From Candidatus Eiseniibacteriota bacterium (GTDB lineage Bacteria > Eisenbacteria > RBG-16-71-46), in NCBI GenBank assembly GCA_038231135.1, contig JBBRLX010000001.1, forward strand, positions 96,001 to 160,000: 64,000 nucleotides of DNA, read 5' to 3'. Below are positions 44,313 to 55,334 of the stretch, piece by piece. Made by a program: the position numbers and the translations under genes. The first letter of the stretch is position 1; each line of letters begins with the position of its first letter. A model generated the notes under the pieces. That model made no database searches. It was not told the DNA's origin and worked only from the letters and a program-made list of their open reading frames with translations.

Positions 44313-45404
44313 ATGTTCTACGAATGGGTGTTCCCGCTCCACACCGTGCCCGGATTGTCGGGATTGAACGTATTCCGCTACATCACGTTCCGGTCCGCCT
44401 ACGCGGCGATCACCGCGCTGATCCTGTGCTACGTGCTGGGGCCGCCGATGATCGACTGGCTCAGGCGGGTGAAGCTGGGGCAGAAGATCCGCCAGGAGGG
44501 CCCGCAGAGCCATCTCGCCAAGGCGGGCACGCCGACGATGGGCGGACTGCTGATCGTCACGGCGATCGTCGTTCCCACGCTGATGTGGGGCAACTTCCAT
44601 TCGCGCCCGATGTGGCTCGCGCTGCTCGCCACGGTTTGGCTCGGGGCGCTCGGGTTCCTCGACGACTGGCTGCGCGTGGTCAAAGGCTATCCGAAGGGGC
44701 TGCTGGGCCGCTACAAGCTCGCCGGCCAGATCGCGCTCGGCGCCCTGATCGGCATCATCCTCGTGCACTGGCCCGAGCCCGGGATGCCCGCCACCGCCAC
44801 CCACGTGCCGTTTCTGAAGTTCCGGGTGATCGACTTTGGCTGGCTGTTCATCCCGTTCGTGATCTTCATCATCACCGGCACCTCGAACGCCGTGAACCTC
44901 ACGGACGGGCTCGACGGCCTCGCGTCGGGGCTGGTCGCGATCGCGGCGCTCACGTTCGCGGGGCTGTGCTACGTCACCGGCCACGCGAAGTTCAGCGAAT
45001 ACCTCAACATCAGCCACCTGACGTACGGTGGCGAGCTCACGGTGTTCTGCTCGTCGGTGCTCGGTGCGTCGCTCGGGTTCCTCTGGTACAACTGCCATCC
45101 CGCCGACGTGTTCATGGGCGACACCGGCTCGCTCGCGCTCGGCGGCGCGCTCGGCACGGTGGCGGTGCTGATCAAGCGCGAATTCTGGCTGGCGCTGATC
45201 TGCGGCCTGTTCGTGGCCGAGGCGCTGTCGGTGATGATCCAGGTCGCGTCGTTCAAGCTGTGGGGCCGCCGCGTGTTCCGCATGTCGCCGCTGCACCATC
45301 ATTTCGAGCTGGGCGGCTGGCCCGAGTCGCGGGTGGTGCTGCGGTTCTACATCATCGGCGCGCTGCTCGCGCTGCTGTCGTTGTCGACGCTCAAACTGCA
45401 ATGA
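44313..45404 (+). CDS. mraY: Phospho-MurNAc-pentapeptide transferase
   Basis: KAGTPTMGG, NAVNLTDGLDG, FMGDTG, PLHHHFE. Confidence 0.98.
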   Translation: MFYEWVFPLHTVPGLSGLNVFRYITFRSAYAAITALILCYVLGPPMIDWLRRVKLGQKIRQEGPQSHLAKAGTPTMGGLLIVTAIVVPTLMWGNFHSRPMWLALLATVWLGALGFLDDWLRVVKGYPKGLLGRYKLAGQIALGALIGIILVHWPEPGMPATATHVPFLKFRVIDFGWLFIPFVIFIITGTSNAVNLTDGLDGLASGLVAIAALTFAGLCYVTGHAKFSEYLNISHLTYGGELTVFCSSVLGASLGFLWYNCHPADVFMGDTGSLALGGALGTVAVLIKREFWLALICGLFVAEALSVMIQVASFKLWGRRVFRMSPLHHHFELGGWPESRVVLRFYIIGALLALLSLSTLKLQ

Positions 45405-46780
45405 CGATCGACCTCAGGCATCCGCTGCCGGGCAACCGGCCGCTCGTCGTCGGGGCCGGGCGCTCGGGCCGCGCCGCCGCCCGGCTGCTCGCCCGGCATG
45501 GCCTCGACGTGCGGCTGTGCGATTCGCGCTCCGAGGCGGAGCTGGGCGATGCCATCGCGGCGCTGCGGTCACTCGGCGTCGACGTCCGCCCCGGCGCCGG
45601 CGAGCCGGCGCTGCTCGACGGCTGCGACGTCGTGATCTGGAGTCCCGGCATTCCGCTCACCCATCCCATCGCGGTGGCGGCGACCGCGGCGGGGATTCCG
45701 ATCCTGTCCGAGCTCGAACTGGGCTACCTCGCGTCGCAGGCGCCGCTCGTGTGCATCACCGGCACGAACGGCAAGAGCACCACCACCGATCTCGTGGGTG
45801 CCATGGTGCGGGCGACCGGCCGCGAAGTCGAGGTGTGCGGCAACATCGGCCGCGCGATCTGCGAGGTCGCCGAGACCGTGGGGCCGTCGGGACTGCTGGT
45901 GACCGAGGTGTCGTCGTTCCAGCTCGAGACCGTGTCGCGGCTCAAGCCGTTCATCGCGGCGTGGCTCAACCTGACGCCGGATCATCTCGACCGGCACGGC
46001 GACCTGAACGGCTACGGGGCGGTCAAGCAGCGGCTGTTCGCGCGCCAGGACGCCGACGACTACTCGGTGTGGAACGCCGACGACCCCGAGGTGATGCGCC
46101 GCCGCGCCGGCGCCGCCGAGTCGCTCGAGTTCTCCTCGGCCCGGCCCGTCGGCGCCGGCGCCTCCGTCGCGGACGGCACGATCGTGCTGGCATGGCGCGG
46201 CGGCCACGAGCGGCTGATGCCGGCCGCGGCTCTGAAGCTGATCGGCGCCCACAACCTGCAGAACGTGCTGGCGGCGCTCGCGATCACGCTGCCGCTCGAG
46301 ATCGCGCCGCCGACGCTGCGCGCCGTGCTGGCCGCCTACCCCGGGCTCGAGCACCGGCTCGAGCGCGTGGACGACGTGAACGGCGTGCGGTTCGTCAACG
46401 ATTCCAAGGCCACGAACCTGGCGTCGCTCGGGGTCGCGCTCCAGAGTTTCGACCGGCCGGTGGTGCTGATCGCCGGCGGGCGCGACAAGGGCCAGGACTT
46501 CACGCCGGCGCGCGACCTCGTGCGCGCGCGCGTGAAGTCATTGGTGCTGATCGGCGAGGGCGCGGACACGATCGCGCGCGCCTGGCCGGACGTGCCGGTG
46601 CGGCGCGCCGCCACGCTCGAGGCCGCCGTGCAGCTCGCGTACGCCGCGGCGCGGCCCGACGGCACGGTGCTGCTGTCGCCCGGCTGCGCGTCGTTCGACA
46701 TGTTCCGCGACTTCGAGCACCGGGGTCGTGAATTCAAGCTGCAGGTCCTGCGCCTCAAGCGCGAGGAGGCGTTGACGTGA
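45401..46780 (+). CDS. murD: UDP-MurNAc-Ala:D-Glu ligase
   Basis: SPGI, GTNGKST, EVSSFQL, DHLDRH, NDSKATN, SPGCASFD. Confidence 0.96.
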   Translation: MTIDLRHPLPGNRPLVVGAGRSGRAAARLLARHGLDVRLCDSRSEAELGDAIAALRSLGVDVRPGAGEPALLDGCDVVIWSPGIPLTHPIAVAATAAGIPILSELELGYLASQAPLVCITGTNGKSTTTDLVGAMVRATGREVEVCGNIGRAICEVAETVGPSGLLVTEVSSFQLETVSRLKPFIAAWLNLTPDHLDRHGDLNGYGAVKQRLFARQDADDYSVWNADDPEVMRRRAGAAESLEFSSARPVGAGASVADGTIVLAWRGGHERLMPAAALKLIGAHNLQNVLAALAITLPLEIAPPTLRAVLAAYPGLEHRLERVDDVNGVRFVNDSKATNLASLGVALQSFDRPVVLIAGGRDKGQDFTPARDLVRARVKSLVLIGEGADTIARAWPDVPVRRAATLEAAVQLAYAAARPDGTVLLSPGCASFDMFRDFEHRGREFKLQVLRLKREEALT

Positions 46781-47904
46781 GTCGGGGTGATCGCTGGCTG
46801 CTGGTGCTGCCGTTGATCCTCACCGCGGTGGGGCTGGTCATGGTGTATTCGTCGAGCGCGATCCTCGGGATCACGCACTTCCAGGATCCGGATCACTACC
46901 TGATGAAGCAGTTGTTCCGGGTGGCGCTCGGCCTCGGGGTATTCGCGGTGGTGTGCCTGAAGGCCGACCTGCGCGGCGTCGAGCGGTTCGCCCCGCGCAT
47001 CCTCGCCGTGGCCGTGGGAATGCTGGTCGTGGTGGTGGCGGCGGGCCACGTCGCCGGCGGCGCCATGCGCTGGATCCGGCTCGGCACCATGACGCTGCAG
47101 CCCACCGACTTCGCGCGGCTGGCGGCGGTCGTGTTCCTGGCGTGGTGGCTCAAGCGGCGGCCGCCGCGCGAGCTCGGGTTCCTGCGCGGCCTGCTGCCGC
47201 CGCTCGCGATCGTTGGGGCGCTGGCCGGGTTGATCCTGAAGCAGCCCAATCTCAGCAGCGCCGCCCTGCTCGGAATCACCGGATTCACGCTGATCTTCCT
47301 GTCCGAGGCACCGCTGCTGCATCTCGCGGTGCCGGTGGGCGCCGGCCTGGCGGGCGCGGTGATTGCGATCCAGACGCATCCCTATATGATGGAGCGCGTC
47401 GCGACGTTCCAGCGCTTCGCCATGGGGGGCGGTCTCGACAGCCGTGGCACCGGGTGGCAGCTCGACCAGTCGCTGATCGCGATCGGTTCCGGGGGCTGGC
47501 TCGGCCGCGGACTGGGCGCGGGGCACCAGAAGTTCCTGTTCCTGCCCGAGGCGCACACCGATTTCATCTTTTCCATTTTGGCCGAGGAGTTGGGGTTTCT
47601 GGGTTCGTCCGTGCTGATCGTGCTGTTCGCGCTCCTGGTGTGGCGCGGCCTGCGGGTGACCGCGCGGGCCGCGGATCCGTTCCATTTCCTGCTGGCGGCG
47701 GGCCTCACGCTCCAGCTCGGCCTGTACGCGATCGTCAATCTCGCGGTGGCCACCGGAGTCGCGCCCACCACGGGTCTGCCGCTGCCGTTCGTCTCGTACG
47801 GCGGCTCGGCGCTGCTCGTGAACCTCGCCGCGGCCGGACTGCTGTATCGCATCAGCGTGGTGAACGGGGCCGGTGAAGCGGTCGCGCGCCAGCGCTGGAC
47901 CTAG
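46777..47904 (+). CDS. ftsW: SEDS peptidoglycan polymerase FtsW
   Basis: MVYSSS, RWI, LPEAHTDFIF, LPFVSYGGS. Confidence 0.95.
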   Translation: MSRGDRWLLVLPLILTAVGLVMVYSSSAILGITHFQDPDHYLMKQLFRVALGLGVFAVVCLKADLRGVERFAPRILAVAVGMLVVVVAAGHVAGGAMRWIRLGTMTLQPTDFARLAAVVFLAWWLKRRPPRELGFLRGLLPPLAIVGALAGLILKQPNLSSAALLGITGFTLIFLSEAPLLHLAVPVGAGLAGAVIAIQTHPYMMERVATFQRFAMGGGLDSRGTGWQLDQSLIAIGSGGWLGRGLGAGHQKFLFLPEAHTDFIFSILAEELGFLGSSVLIVLFALLVWRGLRVTARAADPFHFLLAAGLTLQLGLYAIVNLAVATGVAPTTGLPLPFVSYGGSALLVNLAAAGLLYRISVVNGAGEAVARQRWT

Positions 47905-47912
47905 GAGGCGGC

Positions 47913-49049
47913 ATGAAGGTGTTGATCGCGGGCGGTGGCACCGGGGGACATGTGTTCCCGGGCATCGCCGTGGCCGAGGAGCTGCGACGGCTGCGTCCGG
48001 GTGCGGACGTGGTGTTCGTCGGCGGCAAGCGCGGGCTCGAGGCGGTGGCGGTGCCCGAAGCCGGGTTCCGCGTCCGGTTCATCCTGAGCCGCGGGTTCCC
48101 GCGCCGTCTGTGGTGGCGGTGGCCGTGGGCCGCGCTCGTGAACGCCGCCGGGTTCATCCAGGCGTTCTTCGTGCTGCTCACCGAGCGCCCCGACGTCGTG
48201 CTCGGCACCGGCGGCTACGCCAGCGTGTCGATCTCGGTCGCCGCGTGGCTGCTCGGCAAGCCGCTGCTGCTGCAGGAGCAGAACAGCATTCCCGGCCTGT
48301 CGAACCGGCTGTTGTCGCGCATCGCCGACGAGGTTCACCTGTCGTTCGTCGAGGCGCGGTCGTACTTCTCGCGCAAGGACCACCTCAAGGTCACCGGGAA
48401 TCCGGTGCGCGCCTACATCCTGAGCGGCGACCGCAATACCGCGATGCAGGAGTTCGGACTCACACCCGGCAAGCCGACGGTGTTCGTGTTCGGCGGTAGC
48501 CGCGGCGCCAAGCGCATCAATCAGGCGGCGATCGAGGCGATGCGGCTGCTGAAGGGCCGCGTCGACGTGCAGCTGATATTACAGACCGGCCGCGAGGACT
48601 ACGAGTGGGCGAAGGCCGAGGTCGAGAAGGACGCGCTGCCCGCACGGGTGATGCCGTTCCTGCGCCGCATCCACATGGCGTACGCGGCTGCCGATCTCGT
48701 GGTGTGCCGGTCGGGAGCCATGACGCTGGCGGAGATCGCGGTGTGCGGCACGCCCGCGATCCTCGTGCCGTACCCGTTCGCGGCGCACGACCACCAGGTC
48801 GTGAACGCCATGAACCTCGTGGACCGCGGCGCCGCGGCCATGATCCTCGACCGCGATCTCACCGGCGAGCGGCTCGCCCAGGAGATCGCCCACTGGCTGA
48901 GCGACCGGCAGGGCCTGTCTCGCATGTCGTCCAACGCCCGCACGTTCGCGCGGCCGGACGCCGCGGAGCGCCTGGTGAAGAGCCTCGAGCGCTGGTCGGT
49001 CGGCCGCAAGGCCGGACGCGAGAGCGCGGCGCAGGGCGGGGGTCGCTGA
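47913..49049 (+). CDS. murG: Lipid II GlcNAc transferase
   Basis: GGGTGGH, EQNSIPG, GNPVR, GGSRGA, HQVVNA. Confidence 0.97.
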   Translation: MKVLIAGGGTGGHVFPGIAVAEELRRLRPGADVVFVGGKRGLEAVAVPEAGFRVRFILSRGFPRRLWWRWPWAALVNAAGFIQAFFVLLTERPDVVLGTGGYASVSISVAAWLLGKPLLLQEQNSIPGLSNRLLSRIADEVHLSFVEARSYFSRKDHLKVTGNPVRAYILSGDRNTAMQEFGLTPGKPTVFVFGGSRGAKRINQAAIEAMRLLKGRVDVQLILQTGREDYEWAKAEVEKDALPARVMPFLRRIHMAYAAADLVVCRSGAMTLAEIAVCGTPAILVPYPFAAHDHQVVNAMNLVDRGAAAMILDRDLTGERLAQEIAHWLSDRQGLSRMSSNARTFARPDAAERLVKSLERWSVGRKAGRESAAQGGGR

Positions 49050-50434
49050 TGTACGGACGCACGCGCCGCCTGCACTTCATCGGCATCGGCGGCAGCGGCA
49101 TGTCCGGCATCGCGGAGGTGCTGCTCAACATGGGCTACCAGGTGTCCGGCAGCGATCTCAAGGCCACCGACGTCACCGAGCGGCTGGTCGAGTGCGGCGG
49201 CCGGGTGTTCATCGGGCACGCGGCGGCGAACGTCGAGGGGGCGCAGGTGGTCGTGTACTCGACCGCGGTGGGCGCGGACAATCCCGAACTGGTCGCGGCG
49301 ACGGCGGCCGGTGTGCCGGTGATCTCGCGCGCCGAGATGCTCGCGGAGCTGATGCGCATGAAGTACGGCATCGCGGTGGGCGGCTCGCACGGCAAGACCA
49401 CCACGACGTCGCTGATCGCCGTCGTGCTCGCACGCGGCGGGCTCGATCCCACGATCGTCGTCGGCGGCCGGCTGCACGCGTTCGGCTCGAACGCCCGGCT
49501 CGGCCACGGCCGGTTCCTGGTGGCGGAGGCGGACGAGAGCGACGGGTCGTTCCTGCGCCTGGCGCCCGCGGTGACCGTGATCACGAACATCGACCGCGAG
49601 CACCTCGACTACTACGCCGACATCGACGAGATCCGCCAGGCGTTCGTGTACTTCGCGAACCGCGCGCCGTTCTACGGCGCCGCGGTGCTGTGCGCGGACG
49701 ACCCCAACGTGCGCCAGATCCTGCCGCAGGTGACGAAGCGGACGCTGTTGTACGGCACGGCGCCGGATGCGGAGGTGCGCGCCGAGCAGATCGAGCTCAA
49801 GGGCCGGGGATCGCAATTCGCGGTGATGCAGCACGGCGCGCGGCTCGGCACGATCGAGCTGCGGCTGCCGGGCCGCCACAACGTGCTGAACGCGCTGGCG
49901 GCGATCACGGTGGGGCTCGAGCTGGAGGTCGGATTCGGCCACATCGCCGAGGCGCTCGCGGAGTTCAGCGGCGTCGGCCGGAGATTCGAGATCCGCGGCG
50001 AGGCGTCGGGGGTGCGGGTGGTGGACGACTACGGCCACCATCCGACCGAGGTGAAGGCGACGCTGGCCGCGGCGCGCGGCCTCGGCGGCCGGGTGCTGGT
50101 GCTGTTCCAGCCGCACCGCTACACGCGCACTGCCGCGCTGGTGCAGGAGTTCGCCGCGGCGTTCGAGGACGCCGACCAGGTGCAGGTGCTCGACATCTAC
50201 CCCGCGGGCGAGGCCCCGATCGAGGGCGTCACGTCGCGCATGCTCGTCGAGCGGGCCCACGCCGCGGGCCAGCGCCAGCTGTGCTACGCGGCCGACGGAC
50301 GCCGGGCGGCGGCGGCGATCGCCGCCGAGGCGCGCCCCGGCGACACGGTGCTGACGCTGGGCGCGGGCGACGTGTGGAAGCTCGGCGACGACGTGCTGGT
50401 TCACCTGCGCGCGGTGGTGGGAGGGCGGCGCTGA
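49049..50434 (+). CDS. murC: UDP-MurNAc:L-Ala ligase
   Basis: GIGGSGMSG, HGKTTTT, EADESD, DDYGHHPTE, FQPHRY. Confidence 0.97.
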   Translation: MYGRTRRLHFIGIGGSGMSGIAEVLLNMGYQVSGSDLKATDVTERLVECGGRVFIGHAAANVEGAQVVVYSTAVGADNPELVAATAAGVPVISRAEMLAELMRMKYGIAVGGSHGKTTTTSLIAVVLARGGLDPTIVVGGRLHAFGSNARLGHGRFLVAEADESDGSFLRLAPAVTVITNIDREHLDYYADIDEIRQAFVYFANRAPFYGAAVLCADDPNVRQILPQVTKRTLLYGTAPDAEVRAEQIELKGRGSQFAVMQHGARLGTIELRLPGRHNVLNALAAITVGLELEVGFGHIAEALAEFSGVGRRFEIRGEASGVRVVDDYGHHPTEVKATLAAARGLGGRVLVLFQPHRYTRTAALVQEFAAAFEDADQVQVLDIYPAGEAPIEGVTSRMLVERAHAAGQRQLCYAADGRRAAAAIAAEARPGDTVLTLGAGDVWKLGDDVLVHLRAVVGGRR

Positions 50435-51264
50435 TGGGCCTCTACCAGGGACGCGCGATGCGGTCCGAGCCCAGGGTCCGCCGGTCCACGACGTTCGGCC
50501 GGCTGTGGCGCGTGCTCCACGTGCTGCTCGCGATCACGATCGTCGCCGGACTGCTGCAGCTGCCGTGGGACGCCTGGCGCCACCGGTTCGCGACGGTCAC
50601 CGACATCCGGGTCGAGGGCGCCGAGTACCTCGATCCGCAGCGCGTGGCGCAGCTCGCCGGGGTGAAGCCCGGCGACGACCTGTTCGAGCTCGACGTCGAC
50701 CGGCTGCGCCAGGAATTGCTGCTGCACGCGCGCATCGCGGATGCGAAGATCTCGCGGCGTGGTCTGCGCGGCGTCGACATCCGGATCGTCGAACGCCGTC
50801 CGGTGCTGCTGGTGTCGCACGGCGTGCCGTGGGAGCTCGATTCCACGGGCGTGCTGCTGGCGCCGTTCGCCGAGGGCGCCGTCGCCGACGTGCCGCTGCT
50901 GACGGGGGCCGCGTTCGATGGCTATCCCGAGGGCGCGCTGCTGCGCACCGTGCAGGTGCGGCGCGGCCTCGACTGGGTGCGGGCGCTGTCCGCGCGCGGG
51001 CTCCAGCTCGCCGGCCGGGTCTCGGAGATCGACGTGTCCGACGAGCGGTGCACGGCGCTGCTGCTGATGAACGGCACCCGGGTGCGGAGTCCCGCGTGGC
51101 CGCCCGAGACGCGCCGGCTGACGGCGTTGCGGGTGGTGCTCGCGGATCTCGAGAAGCGCGGCACCACGGCACAGGAAGTGGATTTGCGATTCGAGAATCA
51201 AGTGATCGTGAGACCGGTCCTGCCGGATCCATCGGCGGCGGCCAACGGAGCTCGGACGAGCTGA
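50434..51264 (+). CDS. ftsQ: Cell division protein FtsQ/DivIB
   Basis: TM helix, POTRA region (IRVEG..IVERRP), C-terminal VDLRF. Confidence 0.88.
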   Translation: MGLYQGRAMRSEPRVRRSTTFGRLWRVLHVLLAITIVAGLLQLPWDAWRHRFATVTDIRVEGAEYLDPQRVAQLAGVKPGDDLFELDVDRLRQELLLHARIADAKISRRGLRGVDIRIVERRPVLLVSHGVPWELDSTGVLLAPFAEGAVADVPLLTGAAFDGYPEGALLRTVQVRRGLDWVRALSARGLQLAGRVSEIDVSDERCTALLLMNGTRVRSPAWPPETRRLTALRVVLADLEKRGTTAQEVDLRFENQVIVRPVLPDPSAAANGARTS

Positions 51265-51282
51265 TCCGAAGGGAGTCGGAGC

Positions 51283-52530
51283 ATGGCACAGGGAACACGG
51301 ACGTTCGTCGGGCTCGACATCGGCACCACGAAGATCTCGTGCATCATCGCCGACATGCAGGGCGGGGGTGAGCTGCGCGTGGTCGGCATCGGCAACGCGC
51401 CTAGCGAGGGGCTGCGCCGCGGGGTCGTGGTCGACCTCGAGAAGACGGTCGGCAGCATCCAGCGCGCGGTGGACGAGGCGCAGCGCATGGCGGGCGTGCC
51501 GGTGAAGGGCGTGTACGCCGGCATCGCCGGCGATCACATCCGCAGCATCAACAGCCGCGGCGTGATCGCGGTGTCGCGCAAGGACAACGACATCGGCCAG
51601 GCCGACGTCGACCGCGTGGTCGAGGCCGCGAAGGCGGTGGCGATCCCGATGGACCGCGAGATCATCCACGTGATCCCGCAGGAGTTCATCGTCGACGACC
51701 AGAACGGCATCAAGGACCCGGTCGGCATGTGCGGCGTGCGGCTCGAGGCCGAGGTGCACATCATCACCGGCGCCGTGACCTCGGCCAAGAATATCTGCCG
51801 TTCGATCCAGCGCGCCGGCCTCAAGGTGCTGGACCTGGTGCTCGAGCCGTTGGCGTCGAGCCACGCGGTGCTGGCGCAGGACGAGCGCGACCTGGGCGTG
51901 GTGTTGCTCGACATCGGCGGCGGCACGACCGACGTCGCGGTGTTCTACGAGGGCTCGATCCGCCACACCGCGATCGTCCCCTACGGCGGTGCGAACGTCA
52001 CGAACGACATCGCGATCGGCTTGCGCACGCCGATCGACAAGGCGGAGCACATCAAGATCCAGCACGGATCCGCGCTGGCGTCGCTGGTGCGGGCTGAGGA
52101 CCACATCTCGGTGTCGGGAGTGGGCGGCCGCGCGGATCGCGAGATCTCGCGGCACGTGCTCGCCTCGATGATCGAGCCGCGCATGGAGGAGATCTTCGTG
52201 CTCGCGAACAAGGAGGTGCGGAAGAATCATTTCGCCGAGCTGCTGGGCGGCGGGGTGGTGCTCACCGGCGGTACGTCGCTGATGCCGGGGGTGACCGAGC
52301 TGGCCGAGCAGGTGCTCGAGATGCCGGTGCGCCTCGGCCGCCCGCACGGACTGGGCGGCCTGTCGGCGAACGTGGAGGATCCGCGGTTTTCGACCGGCGT
52401 GGGGCTGGTGCTGCACGCGGTCCAGCAGGAGCTGGGCGAGGGCAGCCGGGAGCGGCGGGTCGTCAGCAGCAGCTTCCACAAGCCGCCAAACCTCGCGCGG
52501 TGGTTCATGAACCTGATCTACCAGAACTGA
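51283..52530 (+). CDS. ftsA: Cell division protein FtsA
   Basis: [21 protein letters not shown]. Confidence 0.97.
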   Translation: MAQGTRTFVGLDIGTTKISCIIADMQGGGELRVVGIGNAPSEGLRRGVVVDLEKTVGSIQRAVDEAQRMAGVPVKGVYAGIAGDHIRSINSRGVIAVSRKDNDIGQADVDRVVEAAKAVAIPMDREIIHVIPQEFIVDDQNGIKDPVGMCGVRLEAEVHIITGAVTSAKNICRSIQRAGLKVLDLVLEPLASSHAVLAQDERDLGVVLLDIGGGTTDVAVFYEGSIRHTAIVPYGGANVTNDIAIGLRTPIDKAEHIKIQHGSALASLVRAEDHISVSGVGGRADREISRHVLASMIEPRMEEIFVLANKEVRKNHFAELLGGGVVLTGGTSLMPGVTELAEQVLEMPVRLGRPHGLGGLSANVEDPRFSTGVGLVLHAVQQELGEGSRERRVVSSSFHKPPNLARWFMNLIYQN

Positions 52531-52616
52531 AATTCGAACGGAATCGAACCGTGGCGCCCGCCGCCGCCGGACCTACCGGACGCGGGGAGCCCATGGGGAG
52601 CACAGGGAGTGGTGCC

Positions 52617-53729
52617 ATGGCATTCGAGCTCGAAATCGACAGCACCGTATCGGCCAAGCTGAAGGTCATCGGCGTCGGCGGCGCCGGCGGCAACGCGATC
52701 AACCGCATGATCGGCGCCGGCCTCAGGGGCGTGGACTTCATCGTGGCGAACACCGACCTGCAGGCGATCAACCAGTCGCTGGCGCCGGTCCGCATCCAGA
52801 TCGGCATGACCACCACACGCGGGCTGGGCTCGGGCGGCGACCCGTCGCAGGGCCGCCGGTCCGCCGAGGAGGACGAGCAGACGATCGCCGACGCGATCGG
52901 CGAGAGCGACATGGTGTTCATCACCGCCGGCATGGGGGGTGGCACCGGCACCGGCGCCGCGCCGGTGGTGGCCCGCGTGGCGCGCCGCACCGGCGCGCTC
53001 ACCGTCGCCGTCGTGACGAAGCCGTTTCCGTTCGAAGGCCGCCGCCGGCTGCGCCAGGCGGAGGAGGGGCTGGCGGAGCTGCGCGCCGAGGTCGACACGC
53101 TGATCGTGATCCCGAACGAGCGCCTGCTCGCGGTGGTCGACAAGGCCACCCCGCTCATGGATGCGTTCGGGGTGTGCGACGAGGTGCTGCTCAAGGCCAC
53201 GAAGGGCATCTCGGACCTCGTCACGGTGCCGGGCCTCGTGAACCTCGACTTCGCCGACGTGAAGGCGGTGATGTCGAACCGCGGCAACGCGCTGATGGGC
53301 ACCGGCCGCGGCACGGGTCCCAACCGTGCGGTCGAGGCCGCCCAGATCGCGGTATCGAGCCCGCTGCTCGAGGACGTGTCGATCGCGGGCGCCGAGGGCG
53401 TGCTGGTGAACATCACGGGCGGCCGCGATCTCACGCTGCACGAGGTGAACGAGGCGGCGAGCGTCGTCGTCGCCGCCGCGGGTGAGGAGGCCAACGTGAT
53501 CTTCGGTGCGGTGATCGATCCCAACATGGACGGCGAGATGCAGATCACCGTGGTCGCGACCGGATTCGGCCACGCCGAGCCGCGCTTCCGGCTGGTCGAG
53601 AAGCGCACGTCCGAGAGCGAGGATGACGCCGAGCTGCGCAGGCCGAGCTGGACGCCCCGGCGCGAGGTCGAGCGCAACGGTAACGTGTCCCGCGAGGTGC
53701 CGGCCTTCCTGCGGAAGAGCATGGACTGA
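52617..53729 (+). CDS. ftsZ: Cell division protein FtsZ
   Basis: [26 protein letters not shown]-terminal VPAFLRK; start 52617 (GGGAG RBS) or 52593. Confidence 0.98.
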   Translation: MAFELEIDSTVSAKLKVIGVGGAGGNAINRMIGAGLRGVDFIVANTDLQAINQSLAPVRIQIGMTTTRGLGSGGDPSQGRRSAEEDEQTIADAIGESDMVFITAGMGGGTGTGAAPVVARVARRTGALTVAVVTKPFPFEGRRRLRQAEEGLAELRAEVDTLIVIPNERLLAVVDKATPLMDAFGVCDEVLLKATKGISDLVTVPGLVNLDFADVKAVMSNRGNALMGTGRGTGPNRAVEAAQIAVSSPLLEDVSIAGAEGVLVNITGGRDLTLHEVNEAASVVVAAAGEEANVIFGAVIDPNMDGEMQITVVATGFGHAEPRFRLVEKRTSESEDDAELRRPSWTPRREVERNGNVSREVPAFLRKSMD

Positions 53730-53748
53730 TCCGGCGCGGCGGCCGTGA

Positions 53749-55086
53749 GTGGCGGCTCCCGGAACGGGCGGCGCGCGCACCACGCGTGAGCCGCCCGCAG
53801 CCGCGATCGGTTCCATCCCGGTTCCAGACGTGACTACCGGATTCGTGCCCGAATTACGTGGCGCAGCCGCGGTGTCCGCGCGGCGCGGCCAGGAGCAGCT
53901 CGACCGTGCCGGGTTCGGGGACGCGGCCGCGTGCTTCGAGGACGCCGCGGCGCGCCTCGCGGCGGGTCACCCCGCGCGGGGCCGGCTGCAGCAGATCGCG
54001 CTCGGGTGCCGCGCCGATCTGGCATACACCCACGTGGCGGCTCAGCGGTTCGGCGCGGCCGCCGCCGAGCTCGACCACGTGCTGCAGCACGACCCGGGCC
54101 ACGTGGCCGCCCGCTGGCTGCGGGCGCGGGTGTGCGAGCGCGAGGGCGCGGCCGCGGTTGCGCTCGAACACCTGGCGCGGCTCGACGCGGCCGGCGTGCG
54201 GGCGGTGCGTCCGAGCCTGCTCGCGGCGGCCTGCCATGCCGCGCTCGGCGATGCCGCAGGCTTCCGCTCGCTGCTGGCCCGGGCGGTGGCGATCACGCGC
54301 GACCGGCCCTGCGCGCCGCTCACGGAGCGGGCGCCGGACGGCGCTGCCGGCAGCATCGGCGTGGACTGGCTGGCGCGGATGCGCCGGAGCGTGGCGCGGC
54401 GGCCGGACGCCGCCGGGGGCCGGGCGCTGCTGGCGGAGCTGCTGCTGGACGCCGGCGGCCTCGAGGAGGCGGACCTCCATGTCGCGATCGCCCGCACGCT
54501 CGCGCCTGACGACGTGGAGGTGATGCTGCTCGCGGGCCGCTCGCGGCTGGCGCGCGGGGACGCGGTGGCGGCGCTCGCGCTGTTCGGACGGGCGGCGGCG
54601 CGCCGTCCCGGCTATGCGGACACGGCGGCATGGATCGGGCTCGCGCGCTTCCACGCCGGCGCGATCGCCGATGCCATCGCTGCGCTCGAGCGGTCGCTCG
54701 CCCTCAACCGGAGCTACGGCGGCGCCTGGCAATCGCTGGCCGTGGTGCGGTTCGCGGCGGGGGATGCGCGCGGCGCGCTCGCGGCGGCGCGGCAGATGTC
54801 GCTACGGCACCGGCAGCCGCCGGAGCGTCCGGGCGCGTTCCACCGGGCGCTGGCCGAGGACCCCGACGACGACGCGATGCGGGAGCTGCAGCGCGCGGTG
54901 ACGCTGCACGCCGGCTACCCGGATCTGGCGGCGGCGCTGGCGCTCGCGCACCGGCGCCGCGAGGCTCAGGCGGCCGCGGGGCGCGAGCGGCCGCGCACGG
55001 CCTTCTCGACCTTGCCCGATCGGATGCAGCGTGTGCAGACGTCGACCGTCTTCACCTGGCCCTGGATCCGGGCGCGCACGCGCTGA
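53749..55086 (+). CDS. TPR-repeat protein
   Basis: Ala/Leu helical repeats with RPGYAD, LNRSYG and AGYPDL turns; both ends uncertain. Confidence 0.6.
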   Translation: MAAPGTGGARTTREPPAAAIGSIPVPDVTTGFVPELRGAAAVSARRGQEQLDRAGFGDAAACFEDAAARLAAGHPARGRLQQIALGCRADLAYTHVAAQRFGAAAAELDHVLQHDPGHVAARWLRARVCEREGAAAVALEHLARLDAAGVRAVRPSLLAAACHAALGDAAGFRSLLARAVAITRDRPCAPLTERAPDGAAGSIGVDWLARMRRSVARRPDAAGGRALLAELLLDAGGLEEADLHVAIARTLAPDDVEVMLLAGRSRLARGDAVAALALFGRAAARRPGYADTAAWIGLARFHAGAIADAIAALERSLALNRSYGGAWQSLAVVRFAAGDARGALAAARQMSLRHRQPPERPGAFHRALAEDPDDDAMRELQRAVTLHAGYPDLAAALALAHRRREAQAAAGRERPRTAFSTLPDRMQRVQTSTVFTWPWIRARTR

Positions 55087-55181
55087 AGGTTGGGGTTCCA
55101 CACCCGCTTCGTGATGTTGTTCGCGTGACTCACGTTGTTTCCGAACATCTTGCCCCGGCCGCACATCGCACACGTTGCCAC
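54966..55181 (-). CDS. rpmB: 50S ribosomal protein bL28
   Basis: [35 protein letters not shown]. Confidence 0.97.
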   Translation of the reverse strand: MATCAMCGRGKMFGNNVSHANNITKRVWNPNLQRVRARIQGQVKTVDVCTRCIRSGKVEKAVRGRSRPAAA

Positions 55182-55302
55182 GACGAACCTCCTGTAGAAC
55201 TGCCGAACCCGGCGGGACCGCCGGTACCCTGCTGACGTGTCGATTCTGCCACCGGACCGGGTGCCGCAAACCCCGGATGTCCAGCCGCGAAAAACGCAGG
55301 GT

Positions 55303-55332
55303 ACAGTAGCAGTTTCCCCGGCACCCTCGCAA
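55303..55332 (-). promoter_or_regulatory. Putative rpmB promoter
   Basis: Minus strand TTGCGA-18 nt-TACTGT with TG extended -10. Confidence 0.45.
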
Positions 55333-55334
55333 CG

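Noticed and set aside
42809..46780. Apparent 1323-aa MurD fusion, likewise 39613-42903 for MurE
   Set aside because: Upstream parts are off-frame read-through over murF/mraY and ftsI; real starts are 45401 and 41404
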